NCBI GenBank assembly: GCA_002104905.1
Contig: MCFE01000110.1
Span: 1 to 64,000, forward strand
DNA length: 64,000 nt
Source: Basidiobolus meristosporus CBS 931.73
Taxonomy: Eukaryota > Fungi > Basidiobolomycota
Direction of reading: 5' to 3'
How positions within the stretch are numbered: position 1 is the first letter of the stretch; every line of letters begins with the position of its first letter. Shown one piece after another: positions 51,181-64,000 of the stretch. A program made the position numbers and the translations under genes. The notes below the pieces were generated by a model. The model was not told where the DNA came from. It made no database searches and saw nothing but the letters and a program-made list of their open reading frames with translations.

Positions 51181-52163
51181 AGTCAGCTTGTAGGTATTCA
51201 AATCTCTGTTACCCAAAGCAGTATGGGCACCATTTTGATCAATGATCCTGCATCCAGACATGTCAAGGCTGAGACTGAGCCCTTCTGCTATAGTCTTGCT
51301 TGCAAATAGTAGTTCTTGGCTATTTCTTGTACACAGAGCACTTCTTTAAAGGCCAGTGTATAGATTACTTTACTGCTTCAAAGGTTGACTTGGATAATTC
51401 CTTCTCCACTGTATCAAGTGCTCTATTACCACCCATAAAAACCTTCTTGATTGAAATTTCTTGATATTGGGCAAAAGTTCTTTTTGGTGTATAAAGTGTG
51501 GAGATACTCCATAGTCAGTATATCACATCTAAGAATTCCTGTTTGTGATCATAATTAGTGTATATATGAACAGCCTAACTTCAGTTGTTGCATCATTTCC
51601 ATATTCAAGCTTTTTCTGCTAACTTTCACTCTTTTTTGGGCACCAGTCTGATATGTGACCTTCCCACCTGGCACTATAAGTGCTTTACATAGGTTTACTT
51701 TAGGGCTAATAATTAAATACAGTGACAGATAGTACCAATTGACCAAGATAGTGCCATGCATTTTTGTGACATGTTACAAGCCACAGAAGCTAAATTCAGA
51801 GTGCCATGGGTATTGAGTATCAGAAGCATGTCTTCAGTCCTTTTATGCTCTTACACATCATGCACAACATTGATCTCAAAGAAAAGGTCAAAAGATGGAT
51901 TTTCTCCAGTACAATGGGTGAAACACAGGGGCTGCTTTGAATGAGGATGCAGAGCTATGTTTCACACTCTGTGGCCAAGTATAGGCTTACTTGGCCTCCT
52001 GGGCACACTATGGCATCATTTGGCACTCATGGCTCAATGTGGCACAATCCAACAGAACAAATCTATTTGGCATCATTTTGTGTGTGAAGCTTTAGTGAAT
52101 AACTTAGTTAACTTAGTTTATTGTCCTGTAGATGAAATGATTGCAGACACATATGCCAAACTA
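51181..52163. mobile_element. two copia A fragments in opposite orientations (51181-51665 minus, 52065-52163 plus) joined across a truncated foldback MITE
   Basis: Left piece is the PR/gag region reverse strand; right piece is the RNase H tail HHFVCEAL...YCPVDEMIAD. Confidence 0.75.
51668..52064. mobile_element. truncated foldback MITE (spacer plus right arm)
   Basis: Colinear with 60645-61040; ends gaacaaatct-att. Confidence 0.85.
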
Positions 52164-52164
52164 C

Positions 52165-55100
52165 CCCTATGAAAAACCATTTGGTCCAATTGGTGGATCC
52201 AATCCAGATCAATGGTCAGCATCCCATTTGGAGACCATAATAATACCAGCAGCTTTCAATTAGTGACCCTCTTAACAATCTTTTGATGGGATCATGACAG
52301 CAGTTAGCTAATTTTACTGCCAAATAAAGCTACAAAACTTGATGGGGTTTCATTGGGGCTGTAGCAATAGTTGTATGGCATTGTTGCAGTCTAGATGCGC
52401 TCTATAACTATTTTAAGTGACTCTAACCAGCCAGTACATCCAATTGCCTTAACTGGCAAGAAACCTGATGGTGTTTTGACGGCCTCAATGCAAATCTCTG
52501 ATGGCATTATTACAGCAGTATGGTAGCATACATGTAGTTCTGTATAATGTTACCATACCAACATACTAAGTGGTATTTCCTTTCTCTACCTCCCCTTGTA
52601 CACTTCATATATTCCACTGCGGAATCTCCCCTCTTGAAATGCTTGCCCACTACTGTCTTGGGTATTCCACATATACTTTGAATCAAAAAAACTATGGCCT
52701 TGTGCTTACTAACCACTTCAAGTGCACACACTTGCCACAATATTACATACTTCTATCACCTGAACTTTGTGGCTTTTTAGTGTGATACTTGCAAAGTTGC
52801 CATATATCTTGTATTGCTGGTAACATATGCATCTTGCAAGCATATGCTTGGTTGCCACCACTTCTGCCATGAATACCTCCTGAATATCCACAAAGAACTT
52901 CCTGGTATTTAGCCAATATATTCCTTCTCCCTACTGGATTCTAGTCCCCCTCATAGGTGCGCTCTAGCTCTTGATTGTGTGAAGACTGTATTGAGTGGTG
53001 TAGAAGCTAGCTTGTGACCAAGAGAAGCCCAGCATACTTTGGTAGAGCTTTCCTAATAAAAAATTAGTTACTTGTTGCACCCAACCCAATCTTGCACTAT
53101 TCAACTGATTACCCATGCATTGGGGCTGCTTAGCATCTTAATTCCATAGGCATAGGTGTCTCCATGTGCACATCTGTCCTCAGTATTCTTCAATTCTTCC
53201 TAGTTGTCCCCCATGTACTAACTGATCACATCCATGACAAACTTGAAGGTAATATTCTTGATGAAACTGGTATATGGTAGTACCTGCAACTTGACTTGTA
53301 TTCCTGTCCCCTCACACATCTGCTCCATAGAAAACTCCAAAAGGGTGAAGCAAGGCCCAATATCCTCCACACACCAAGCAAGATGGAGTAGAGAATGAAT
53401 ACAGTAGCAGCAGAGTTCTACGCATTCAGCTTTATGTTTGTAGTGTAGCCACTCAAATCCTGTTTCTAACTCCTTACACAACAGCTGTAGATGTGTCAAG
53501 TTGGCATTGGTGATCCAGTTCTAGATAAATATTCCCACAATGTCCACATATAACTCCCAATGCTTCCAATGTACTCTTGGTAGGAATGGCTTTAGAACAC
53601 CACTTGAATAAATACTCAGCCAGTTTGTCAGGTCTTGGCATTTGTATTGTTGCATATACATATGAATATGGATTGGAGCCCATCAAAAGTACTTAGGGTA
53701 GCAGATACTTTGTAATATCTTGCCAATTTTTTCAAACTTCTCTGGTATCTCCAAGGGCTCATTTAGCTTGGTATGCTCCATGTACAACTTGGTCATCAGT
53801 AGAGGGATATTTTTGAACAGCAAACACATTGCTCCAAGTGGAAAGCTTTTGCCCCTACAGATACCCTCCATCTTAAGTATCACTGCTTTTTGCTCCAACA
53901 AACACCCTCTATCTTAACTATCTCTAGCTTCCAAATGATTTAATAATCTGGCCAATGGCCTATAGAATGCCAACTTTGCTGCAATTGCATGCTGACTTCT
54001 GTATGTTCACCCTGTGGGAAGATGATGTTCCTAGTGATGGTGTTTAGGTAATAATAAAGTGTGTGAGTTATGGAGTAAATCCTCTGGATTGCACACATTT
54101 GACAGCAATACTCTCTATTGTGCCCAGAAAAACCTGCTATCTTGCTGATGGATGGGGTATCTCCAATGCAGATAATAATATGTGCTTTTATGTTACAGCC
54201 GTTTACTGTCATCCTGCTGGAAAGCATACAAAATGCATCTAGCAATGGATACAGGTAGCTATCCAGGTTGGGTGGCACTTTAGGCGCAGATACCAGTGAG
54301 ACTACCATCAGATTTTTGCTCTGATACTGTAAGATAGGTAGCAGATTCATATTGATGAGAATCAGTGGCCAGCAAGATTTGCCAGTAGGGTAGTTGTTAA
54401 ATGGGAATTCATCAAGTGCTAAGGCAAAGGCATGGTCATACATACCTTCACTGTGGCCCTTGCCTCTTAGCTGTTTGTAATGTTTGCCATTAAATATATT
54501 GGATATGTTGGCCCTTGATTGCTACTGAGTGCAATACTCAATAGCTCTGCAATATTTGTTGGACTGCATTAGCTTCTTTAGATGGGGTATTTCTGGAATA
54601 TATATGGAGTGTGAGTAATGCCTCCCCTCAGTGGTGGTATAATTCTGACCATTTGGACACATTGTAATGGTAGCATTTTTGGATGTGAATGCCATGCAAC
54701 TGTTAACACATGCTGCAGTCAGGTCAGTCTCTGGGTCATATGTAGCCAGCTGTAGGACAGTTGTCCACTTGTACCATGTACATGGTAAGTTGTATCCTGG
54801 AATGATTTTAGCAAGAAGTAGAAATAAATCCTCAAAGCCCCCATCACTGATATTAGTGGAAATGCGCTACTTCTCTAGCTACAAAATTACATCATTCATC
54901 AGTAGTTGGATCACTGGGCTCACTTAGCTCCATAGAGTATCCTTGGCATTTGTTTCAACAGGTGTTGTCTCATTGCATATAGGGATTTGACCGGGCTCAT
55001 GGGTGGTATTGTTGTTAGGGGAGATAGGCTCACAATCCATCAGTGAGCCTTCTTTGTCAGAGCTATCACTCAGCATGCCACATTCAGAAGGCTGAGGTCA

Positions 55101-55545
55101 GCTTAAAGGCATCACATAATCACCTGACTCAGTTTGCACAAGGAGACAAAGACAGCTAGGATCCAATACAGAAGTATCAACTGGCCATCAAGCTAATGTT
55201 GGTACATTAGTGACTTATGAATGGTCAAATATGACTTGTGTGGCAAACACTGGTCATGATCCTTGTAATACTTCCTATGCTGACTGCAAGCTTTATGGCT
55301 GAGCAGCTTGCTACAATAGCCACATGGTCTTTTTCCTCTTCTCTTATGGTGCTGAATCCAAGTTGCCTTGTCTATGGGGCAAACAGCTTGACCTTCAACA
55401 ACATAATGCTATCATATAACTTTTTGGCCAATACTTTTGTGAATTGAAGACAGTGTTGTATTTGAGACATTGCACCTATATGAATGTAAGACTCAAAGAT
55501 GACCTGCCATAGTAAGCATTATAGATAAAGATGTGGCACCATGTA
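52165..55545 (-). mobile_element. CACTA transposon copy with the most complete transposase remnant (about 52300-55075), truncated by copia at 55548
   Basis: CCCTATGAAAAA TIR. Motifs SCWPLILINMNL, LDSYLYPLL, GDTPSISKIAG..GHN and HSLLHL...GP. Confidence 0.85.
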
Positions 55546-56045
55546 TATTCTGTAAGAACTTGTAATTCCACCTAAATACTCACCTAACTTAGTCACTTAC
55601 ATCATTACCCTCAAAAACTAGGAAATACTGACCAAATTACTTGTTGGGATCTACTCCAAATATTTTCACTAAATATCAGGTAACCAGAACATGAGAGTTT
55701 TCAAGGTTGTCTAAACAGTCTCAAACTTTGCACACATGTTCTTGGGACCTTCTGTAGCTTATTCTATGTGCTTGTAATGACAAGACCATGTAAAAGCTTA
55801 AAACTACTCTTACATTCAATCAATCATTGAGTGAAAACCACAAAATCTACTTGTCCTCCAAATCACTTCCAATATCTCTAAGACTCTTACAACAGGTTAT
55901 GATCCACAGGCTGTCACTCTCTACAATGTCTACTACTGCCATTACTGGAAATTTTCCCTCTGCTGAAAAGTTGAATGGATCTAACTACCAAGTGTGGAAG
56001 GTGAAGATGAAGATGCTGCTACAAGAAAGAGGTCTTATGGATACT

Positions 56046-59000
56046 AGACTTGTTCCATTGAACTGTGCCAGGGCATGCGGCGTAATCCACGGTCTCTAAG
56101 AACAATCAGGTGCAATATTATAGCTACCAGTAGGCAGGATTGCTCTTGGATGATTTTGCATCATGTGGGACAATCTTGCATGCTATGGCACAATCTGACA
56201 CAATGAGGTTGGCTCAGATGAGTGCACCAACTTGTATTTTTTGCATCATGTGAGTGATTGGATACCGCTATTATGGTAGGTAGAATATGGTATTTAGATA
56301 TGTTTCTTCAATGTAAATGTAAATAAATGCATATCACACTATAAAGTACACTGATACTTACAATTTTGGTTGCCATCACTCCAATTGGATGGTATCTCAG
56401 CAGTTAATTGGTTGAAAAGTATTCTGAGGCGGTCAGCCCCCAAATGGCTCTTTGACCAATACACAAGCTACCTGATTTGCCATCAAATATCCCATTTTGC
56501 CCATTGAGCAAGTAAATCCCCAATCCTAGTGATTGGACAAGGCATCATAGCTAGCACACAACCAATCAAACAGGTGCAAAATGGATCAAAAGGCTGCATT
56601 TGTGTAACAGATGATGTGTATATATGCAGGGTGCTTACTTATAGGGGTTCTGTCTCAAATGTGAGACAACCACTATATTGCTTATATCAAAAATTTAGTG
56701 AACACTGATTTGTGGTGGCTTGAGTTGGATTGCAAAAAAAAGTGTATTGTTTGGATTGTGACAAATAATAGCAATTCAATGCAATTACATCATCCTCTCC
56801 TAGGTTTTTTTCTCACAGAGATTACATCTGAACCATTTGTCAGTGATTCAACTTGCACACCTAAGCTACTTCCTTGTTGGCTATCCTCTTGGCTACCTGT
56901 GTATTCATAGTCAGTATTTTGCCTCCTAGTTAGTGAGTGCAATGCTGCAGCTTGGCTGTGCTTGATTGCTCTGGATGATGCTACTGAACCAGCCTGCAGT
57001 GCTATGTGCTGATGTATTCTTTTACTTGCCAAAGGCTACGGTGGTGGAGGCACTTCATGTGGGTCATCATCAGTCAGTTCACCAGAATATATTTGCTGAT
57101 GGTCAGGTGTTATAGCTTGTGCAGGTGCAACTTGATGTGCTGGAATGAACCTTGGCTGAGTCTGATGTGATGCCGCTTGTTGAAGCAACTTGGCCTGCTC
57201 CAATGAACTTGTGTCTAAATGAGCAGTTTGGCAAGTTCTGGTGGTTTTGCTCTGAAGCGTGTTCATTGACCCAACATGCATTGGCTTGATGCAGGGTGTT
57301 CTTGTAAAGGGTGTTGGTGTAGTAGGACTGACACAAGCTGGCTTGTTGAAGTTGCAAGGGATGGTAGGGAACCCAGCAAAGATTTCTGGCACAATATAGA
57401 TGCTGTTGCTTACAGTCTGTATGCTTCCTCTTGAAGCTCACCTTTGGATTCCTCAAGGTATTCACTTACCCTCTGTCTGATGCTTTGGAACTGTTGCCTG
57501 GATGAGTCCTGTGTATATTGCTCTTGGAAGCCACTTAGCTCTACTAATATATCACTTAATAAACTAGTCATTTGAGGCAAAAACTCGTTCAAAATCTCTT
57601 TGGTTCCCAGAGTTGAGGCACAAACAGACATGTCTGGCCTGTACTGTGCAAATTGCATGCAAAATTGTTCCCACACGGCTTCCTCATCAATTCCCCTCAC
57701 TTGCAGCTCATTCATGATTCCAATACTTGTCTTGTTATATATCTTCTTACATGCATCCACTGGCATCTTGATGTAGAACTCATGCCACAGATTTCTTCTC
57801 AGGTTCTTCCATCTCTGTCAACTCTCCAAGGTATCTAGTTCTACTAGATTAATGAGTAGTGCCCAAATATCTGCATGAAGGCTCTTCATAGACACTTGGG
57901 CCATACTGAAATCACTTAGCAAGAACTTGAATGGATCCAACATTGACTTCCCTGGACTGGACCATGCTTGTGAGCAGGGGGATGGGTTTTGTCTGGGTTG
58001 TACTAAAGATGAGTTGAGACTTGGTATAGGGACCATAGTGATGGATTTGGATACTTATACAGTAGTGTATTGGCATCAACCTGGTCTTACATGAAATATA
58101 TATGAAAACTAATGTGATTGTAGAGTTTTCCATATTTTATGTATGATGCATCCTGGATTGCATTGACATGGATCAGATCCTATTAATTGCAGATTTCTTA
58201 TTAGATTATAGACTTGTGAGTAGAGCATCAATAAAATTACCAAGTCGTTGTTTCAGGATGATTTTTCCAACATAATGATAGGATACATGGCAATTAATGG
58301 AGATTTAATCATAATGCATGGAAAATCAGATAAATAAAGTAGATTGCACCAAATCAAATCAATATGCCTCAGCACAATCACCTACTAGCTTTAATATGAC
58401 TGACTCATCTGAATGGTTATTTCTAATCAATCCCATCACTACCCCAGGATTTCCTCTAACACAATAGAGGAGATCTAGACTAATTACTGTGGACTATCTA
58501 CCCCAATCTACTCAAGGAGATCCCTTGTTAAGCTCCTCTGCTATTACAAGAACTATTGCCCTACAAGGTTTCATAGGAGAGGATTGTCAGAGATTAGGAT
58601 GTATTACAGGATATAGGAAGCCAAGGAATGGTGTGCTTAGCAGGAAGGAGAAGCTCTACAATGAGATATTTGATCATTTCAGGGTGAGGGTAGAGTATAC
58701 ACTTGGATATCTGAAGAAATTCAACATATTGGCTGGTAAATACAGGGGAAAGTCATATATAGGAGATAACAGCAGAATAGGTAAAATAGTTAGGATACTT
58801 ATCAATGCTCAGTATATTCATACAAGAAGACATCCACTGAGAGAAATGTGTCTGGAGCATTATGAAGAGTAAATAAAGTAAGGAAAGCACTATTGAGAGC
58901 AACATAAGTAAGATTAAATAATATTACCAGTAACTATATCCTACCACAGGCATTATGGTAGAAATTATAGTGCCAGATGGTGCTGTAGAGTGCCAGATCA

Positions 59001-59055
59001 ATCCAGCACTATAAACAGGCTGGCACTATGTGGCACTATCCAATGGAACAAGTCT
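56046..59055. mobile_element. PHIS two-ORF transposon, copy C, with an internal deletion of the transposase core near 58570
   Basis: TIRs at both ends. Flanks act/atg sit at an ATT site of the copia gag. ORF2 remnant at 56790-58036 (minus). Confidence 0.92.
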
Positions 59056-59709
59056 ATGGTCAGGGGAGGAGAATGCCCTCCTAAAAAAGTGGGAGATAAA
59101 GCCTTAAAGTATCCAAAGAAAGAACAAAGTGCCTTCAACTGCATTTGCCTTAATGTTAAAGACAAATTGCCAATTTAATGCTCAAGAGCAAAAATGGCCA
59201 AGAATGCCTGTAAGGCATTAGAAGACACCTACCAGTCATGTTCAGCTGATAAGAAAATGTATCTGAGACAAAAACTCTTTACTACAAAGATGCAGCCATG
59301 AGAAGAAATGAAAAATCTAATTAACAGAAGTTCCCTGCTGGTGGATGAGATGGAATCTGTGGGTGTACCAAATAGCCCAACAGACAAGTTTCAGGGCCTT
59401 GTATCAGCCCTAGAGTCCAGAACTGAAGGTTTGACCTTAACCTACGTATATGGAAGGCTCCTGGATGAAAAGTTAAGAAAATCGACGCCAATAAGAAGGA
59501 ATAAGAAAGTGCTTTAATAAGCAATGATAAGCAATAAAGGAGGTACCTGAGACCTTACAGAGGCAATGGCAACCTGCCTTGCAAATATTGCAAAAGCAAA
59601 GGACACACATCAGACCAGTGTCTCAAAAAGAGAGATAATCAGCAACAAAAGCCTGAATATAGAAAGCTACTGCAACTGAAGTTAGACAATTTGTATCTGC
59701 ATGAAATAT

Positions 59710-60084
59710 TGTAGGTTATTACTGACTGTACTTGGTGAGTGGGAGAGCTAGTAGGTAAAGTCAGTACCACTTGGTTCAGAATAGCTTCCAACAGAAGGTA
59801 GCAAGGTAATAAAGACTTGTGTTTATTTTGTCCAACTCCTCTTGTCCTCTCAATTGGTTCAATTGAGTAGATATATATCACCTGGGGGGCTTAGATAATA
59901 CACAATGTGTCATAAAATAGGGGTGTGAGCACCTTCCTGTTATGGTAAGTGTTCTAACTAGATAAGGGCAGGGATAGGAGGGAGGGCGCATGGGGGAATC
60001 ATAGAGAGGAAACTGGGGGACTTTGGGTAGGACTCTGGGGAGAACCCTTGGGCAAAGAGTGGGTACTGCATTTAGTACTCACCA
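59710..60084 (-). repeat. solo LTR, family E
   Basis: TG...CA ends and flanks atat/acat. It interrupts copia ...SALNMTTNKD. Confidence 0.8.
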
Positions 60085-60308
60085 ACATGACCACAAACAA
60101 GGATTCCCAGATGTGGTACATTGACTCTGGAGCATCTCAACACTTTGCACACCAAAAAGAACTTTTTACCCAATACCAAGAAATTCCAATCAAGAAGGCT
60201 TTCTTAGGTGACAATGGAACACTTGATGCAGTGGGAGAAGGTACTATCTGAGTAAACCTTGGAGGCAGTGAAGGAAGCCATACACTGACCTTTAAAGAAG
60301 TACTCTAT

Positions 60309-61040
60309 AGACTTGTTCTGTTGGATAGTGCCACATTGAGCCATGAGTGCCAAATGATGCCATAGAGTGTCAGGGAGGCCAAGTGAGCCTATACTTGTCC
60401 ACAGAGTGTGAAACATAACTTTGCATCTTCATGCAAAGCAGCCCCTGTGTTTCACCCATTGTGTTGGAGAAAATCCGTTTTTTGACCTTTTTTTTTAGGT
60501 CAATGTTGCACAGGATGTGTAAGAGAACAGCAGAACTGTTGACATGCATCAGGTACTCAATGCCCATGGCACTCTGAATCTAGCTCCTGTGGCTTGTAAC
60601 ATGTCACAAAAATGCATGGCACTATCTTGGTCCACTGGTACTATCTGGCACTATATTTATTTATTAGCCCTAAAGTAAGATCAATAAAAAGCACTTATAG
60701 TGCCAGATAGTACCAGTGGATCAAGATAGTGCCATGCATTTTTGTGACATGTTACAAGCCACAGGAGCTAAATTCAGAGTGCCGTGGGTACTGAGTATCA
60801 GATGCATATCTTCAATCCTTTTGTGCTATTACACATCCTGCACAACATTGATCTGCAAAAGCATCAAAAAATGGATTTTCTCCTGCATCATAGGTAAAAC
60901 ACAAGGGCTATTTTACATGAAGATGTAGAGCAATGTTTCACACTCTGTGGCCAAGTATAGGTTCACTTGGTCTCTCTGGCACACTATGGCATCATATGGC
61001 ACTCATGGCTCAATGTGGCACTATCCAACGGAACAAGTCT
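60309..61040. mobile_element. complete foldback MITE (732 bp; arms about 345 bp, spacer about 40 bp)
   Basis: Perfect TSD TAT/TAT. Removing it restores copia EVLYVPEIAK. Confidence 0.95.
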
Positions 61041-63761
61041 TATGTACCAGAAATAGCCAAGAATCTACTATCCATAAGCAAGGCCACTGCAGAAGGATTC
61101 AGTTTCAGCTTTGACAATTCTGAATGCAGGATCACTGATCAAAATGGTGCCCATATTGCTTTTGGTATCAATGATTGGAATCTTTACAAGCTGACTTACA
61201 ATCCATCATATCTGGAAGCCTATATAAGTAACTTAAATGAAGAAACACTGATGCTTTGGCACAGGAGATTTGGGCACATCAATTTGGATTATTTATGCAG
61301 ATGATCAAAGATCAGCTAGTCTCCAGAGTAAAAATTGATCCCCATTCTAACTTGGAGCACTGTGGAGCTTGCATATTTGGGAAACAAGCCAGACAGCTGT
61401 TCAACAGCTCTGGGTTAATTACAACTAAGAGAATATTAGATCTAAGTCACTCAGATCTGTGTGGACCTGTGCAAAATTTATCCTTAGGCAGGATGAAATT
61501 ATTAATAACTTTTATTGATGATTATACAAGATACACATGGGTGTACCTCATGGAGAGAAAGGAAGATGCTCTGACTAAGCTCAGGGTGCTTAAAGCCATG
61601 GTGGAGAGTGAAAATGGTGTAAAAATCAAGAAAATACACTCTGACAATGGTGGACAATATCCCTCAAAACACTTCATCCACTTCTGCAAAATCCATGGGA
61701 TAAAGCAAGAGACTACTGTACCATACTCTCCACAGCAAATTGCAGTAGCAGAATGTGCAAACAGATCAATAAATGACAGGGCAAGATCTATGATCCATGA
61801 TCAAAAATTATCCTATGATTTTTGGGTGGAATCTCTTGCCACACCTCCATACCTTAAAATAGGAGTTATAACCAGGTACTTCCAGATAAAATTTGATCTC
61901 AAGTCCACCAATTGTCAGGATTGAATCAGAGCAAAACAATGAAAATTTTTTCACTCCAGAGGACTCTACAACCGTGGTTCAGCCAGAATCAGTGCCCAGG
62001 AATATCCCAGAAGTGATCATTCCAGTATCAAATGCCCAGAGATCCAATCGGACAAGAAATAGCCCAAATTACTATATCAATGAGGGTACAAACTTAGCCT
62101 ATGCCTATTCAGTCCATATTGATGAACCCCAGACTGTAAAAGAGGCCCTAAATAGCCCTCAGATGAAGTTTTGGAGATCTGCAATGACTGAGGAATATCA
62201 GGCCCTGATGGAAAATCAAACTTGGGACTTAGTCAAATTACCAATCAACCAAAAATCAATTGGATGCAGATGGGTCTTCAAGACAAAATACAAGGCTGAT
62301 GGTACAATTGAAAGATACAAAGCAAGACTTGTAGCCAAAGGATACTCTCAAACAAAAGGACTTGACTATACTGAGATCTTTGCACTGGTAGCCAAGTTTA
62401 ATTCCATCAGATTAATATTGGCTATTGCAGCCAAATATAAGTTTTTTATACATTAAATGCATGTAAAAGCAGCATTCCTGAATGGAGAACTTAATGAGGA
62501 TGTGTATATGGACCAGACTGATGGGTTTGTTGACCAATATAACCCCTATTCTGTCTGCAAGCTTAAAAGTCTCTATATGGATTCAAACAATTACCAAGAG
62601 CCTGGAATTGCAAAATAGATTCTTATTTGAAATTTTTGAGTTTCTAAACAAGTAATGCTGACTATAGTATATACTATAAGACAGATAGAACAAATCCAGT
62701 TCAATTAGCTCTAGATGTGGATGGTCTAACTATGGCCACCAATAGCCTAGCAACATTGGAAGAGACTAAATCCAGCCTATCTAAAGAGCCCAAGATGTCC
62801 AATCTACAAGAACTCAGTTACTACTTAGGGATGAAGTTCTCCATTGACAGAGGTACCCAGACTATCACCCTAAGCCAATCTAAGTACATTCAAGATATAT
62901 TAAAGAATTACCAAATGGAAGACTGCAAATAGGCAGCTACCCCAATGGAGACAAACCTTAACTTGGTCAAAATTCAACCAAATCAAGAGAGGTTGGTACC
63001 TTCTGAAAGCCCTAACTTTCCTTATCAATCTATGGTTGGCAGTTTGATGTATATCATGCTTGGAACACGCCCAGATATCTCATATTCAGTGGGAGTTGTC
63101 AGCACGCATAATCAGAATTATGGATTTGATCATTTTGCAGCAGTTAAGTGGATTTTTAGATACCTAAAAGGAGCTGCTGATATCTGCTTAAGATCACTTA
63201 TAAGGATTCCAAACAGGATCTTGTGGGATACTCTGATGCCAATTGGGGATGAAATTTGGAAGACAGGCAATCTACCACAGGATACACCGTTCTTTACTGT
63301 AAAGGAGCAATTTCATGGATTCAAGGAAGCAACCGACCATAGCAATTTCCACAACCAAGGCAGAGTATATGGCAGCCTGTGATATTATAAAAGAAGCAAT
63401 GTGGTTAAGAAAGCTTTTTTCAGATTTAAGCCTATGTTATAAACTGCCTATTACTTTATTTCAACATAATCAAGGATGTATACAATTAGGTGGAAATCCA
63501 ACTTTTCTTGCTAGAACTAAGCACATAGATATTAGACATCATTCATATGTGGAGCTATAGAGAATAGCTTAGTTATCTTAGTTTACTGTCCTTTAGATGA
63601 AATGATTACAGACATATGTACCAAACCATTAGCTAGAGACAAGCTTGAATACCTTAGGTCAAAATTAGGACTTGTCAGTATGAACATTTTGCCAAGTGGG
63701 AGTGCTGTAAAAATTTGTAATTCCACCTAAATATTCACCCAACTTAGTCACTTCAATCATT

Positions 63762-63972
63762 AGACTTGTTCCATTGTACCATAGATCATAGTGCCAGAGA
63801 GTGCTGTATATTTTGTTATTAATTTGATATTTTAGGGTCATATGCATGTCAATTTTTATCCCAAATTGGTACTGTATGGCACCATCTGGCACTCTGTGGC
63901 ATGAGCTGGCACCATCTGGCATGGTATGGCACTATTGGGCACTACAATCAGCTGGAATGATGGAGCAAGTCT
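63762..63972. mobile_element. 211-bp MITE with PHIS termini in the copia 3' LTR
   Basis: TSD ATT/ATT; homologous to 24306-24515. Confidence 0.93.
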
Positions 63973-64000
63973 ATTGCCTTTAAATCCTAGGGAAAACTGA

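Larger units (their letters stand above)
55548..64000 (+). mobile_element. degenerate full-length copia family A copy: 5' LTR at 55548-55894, 3' LTR from 63703, four nested inserts
   Basis: PBS GGTTATGATCC, all domains homologous to copy 1, PPT gccaagtgggag. Confidence 0.93.

Noticed and set aside
38013-63972. Apparent preference of PHIS elements for copia sequence
   Set aside because: Copia makes up a large share of the window and is AT-rich, so the small sample does not show targeting.
1-64000. rRNA, tRNA or intact host protein-coding genes
   Set aside because: I recognised none by eye. tRNAscan, Infernal and gene prediction were not run.

Overview
This is a eukaryotic, probably fungal, AT-rich window with strong CpG depletion. 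It consists almost entirely of nested transposons, and I found no intact host gene. Contents: (1) a near-intact Ty1/copia element (1-4501, minus strand), a degenerate full-length relative (55548 to beyond 64000) and several remnants; (2) three Ty3/gypsy families, named B (368-bp LTR), C (1070-bp LTR, 4-bp TSD) and D (apparent Tf1-type self-priming), plus many solo LTRs from at least six families; (3) CMC/CACTA-type DNA transposons with CCCT(A/G)TGAAAA termini and a divergent second ORF; (4) a PIF/Harbinger-ISL2EU-related (PHIS, Pangu-like) DNA transposon system defined by AGACTTGTTC termini and 3-bp, mostly ATT, TSDs. This system has three two-ORF master copies, a 211-bp MITE family (3 copies) and a ~730-bp near-perfect palindromic foldback family (5 copies); (5) a mitochondrial nad3 insertion (NUMT) with a G-rich upstream tract. 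All coordinates were read by eye and may be off by a few bases, and no database searches were run.
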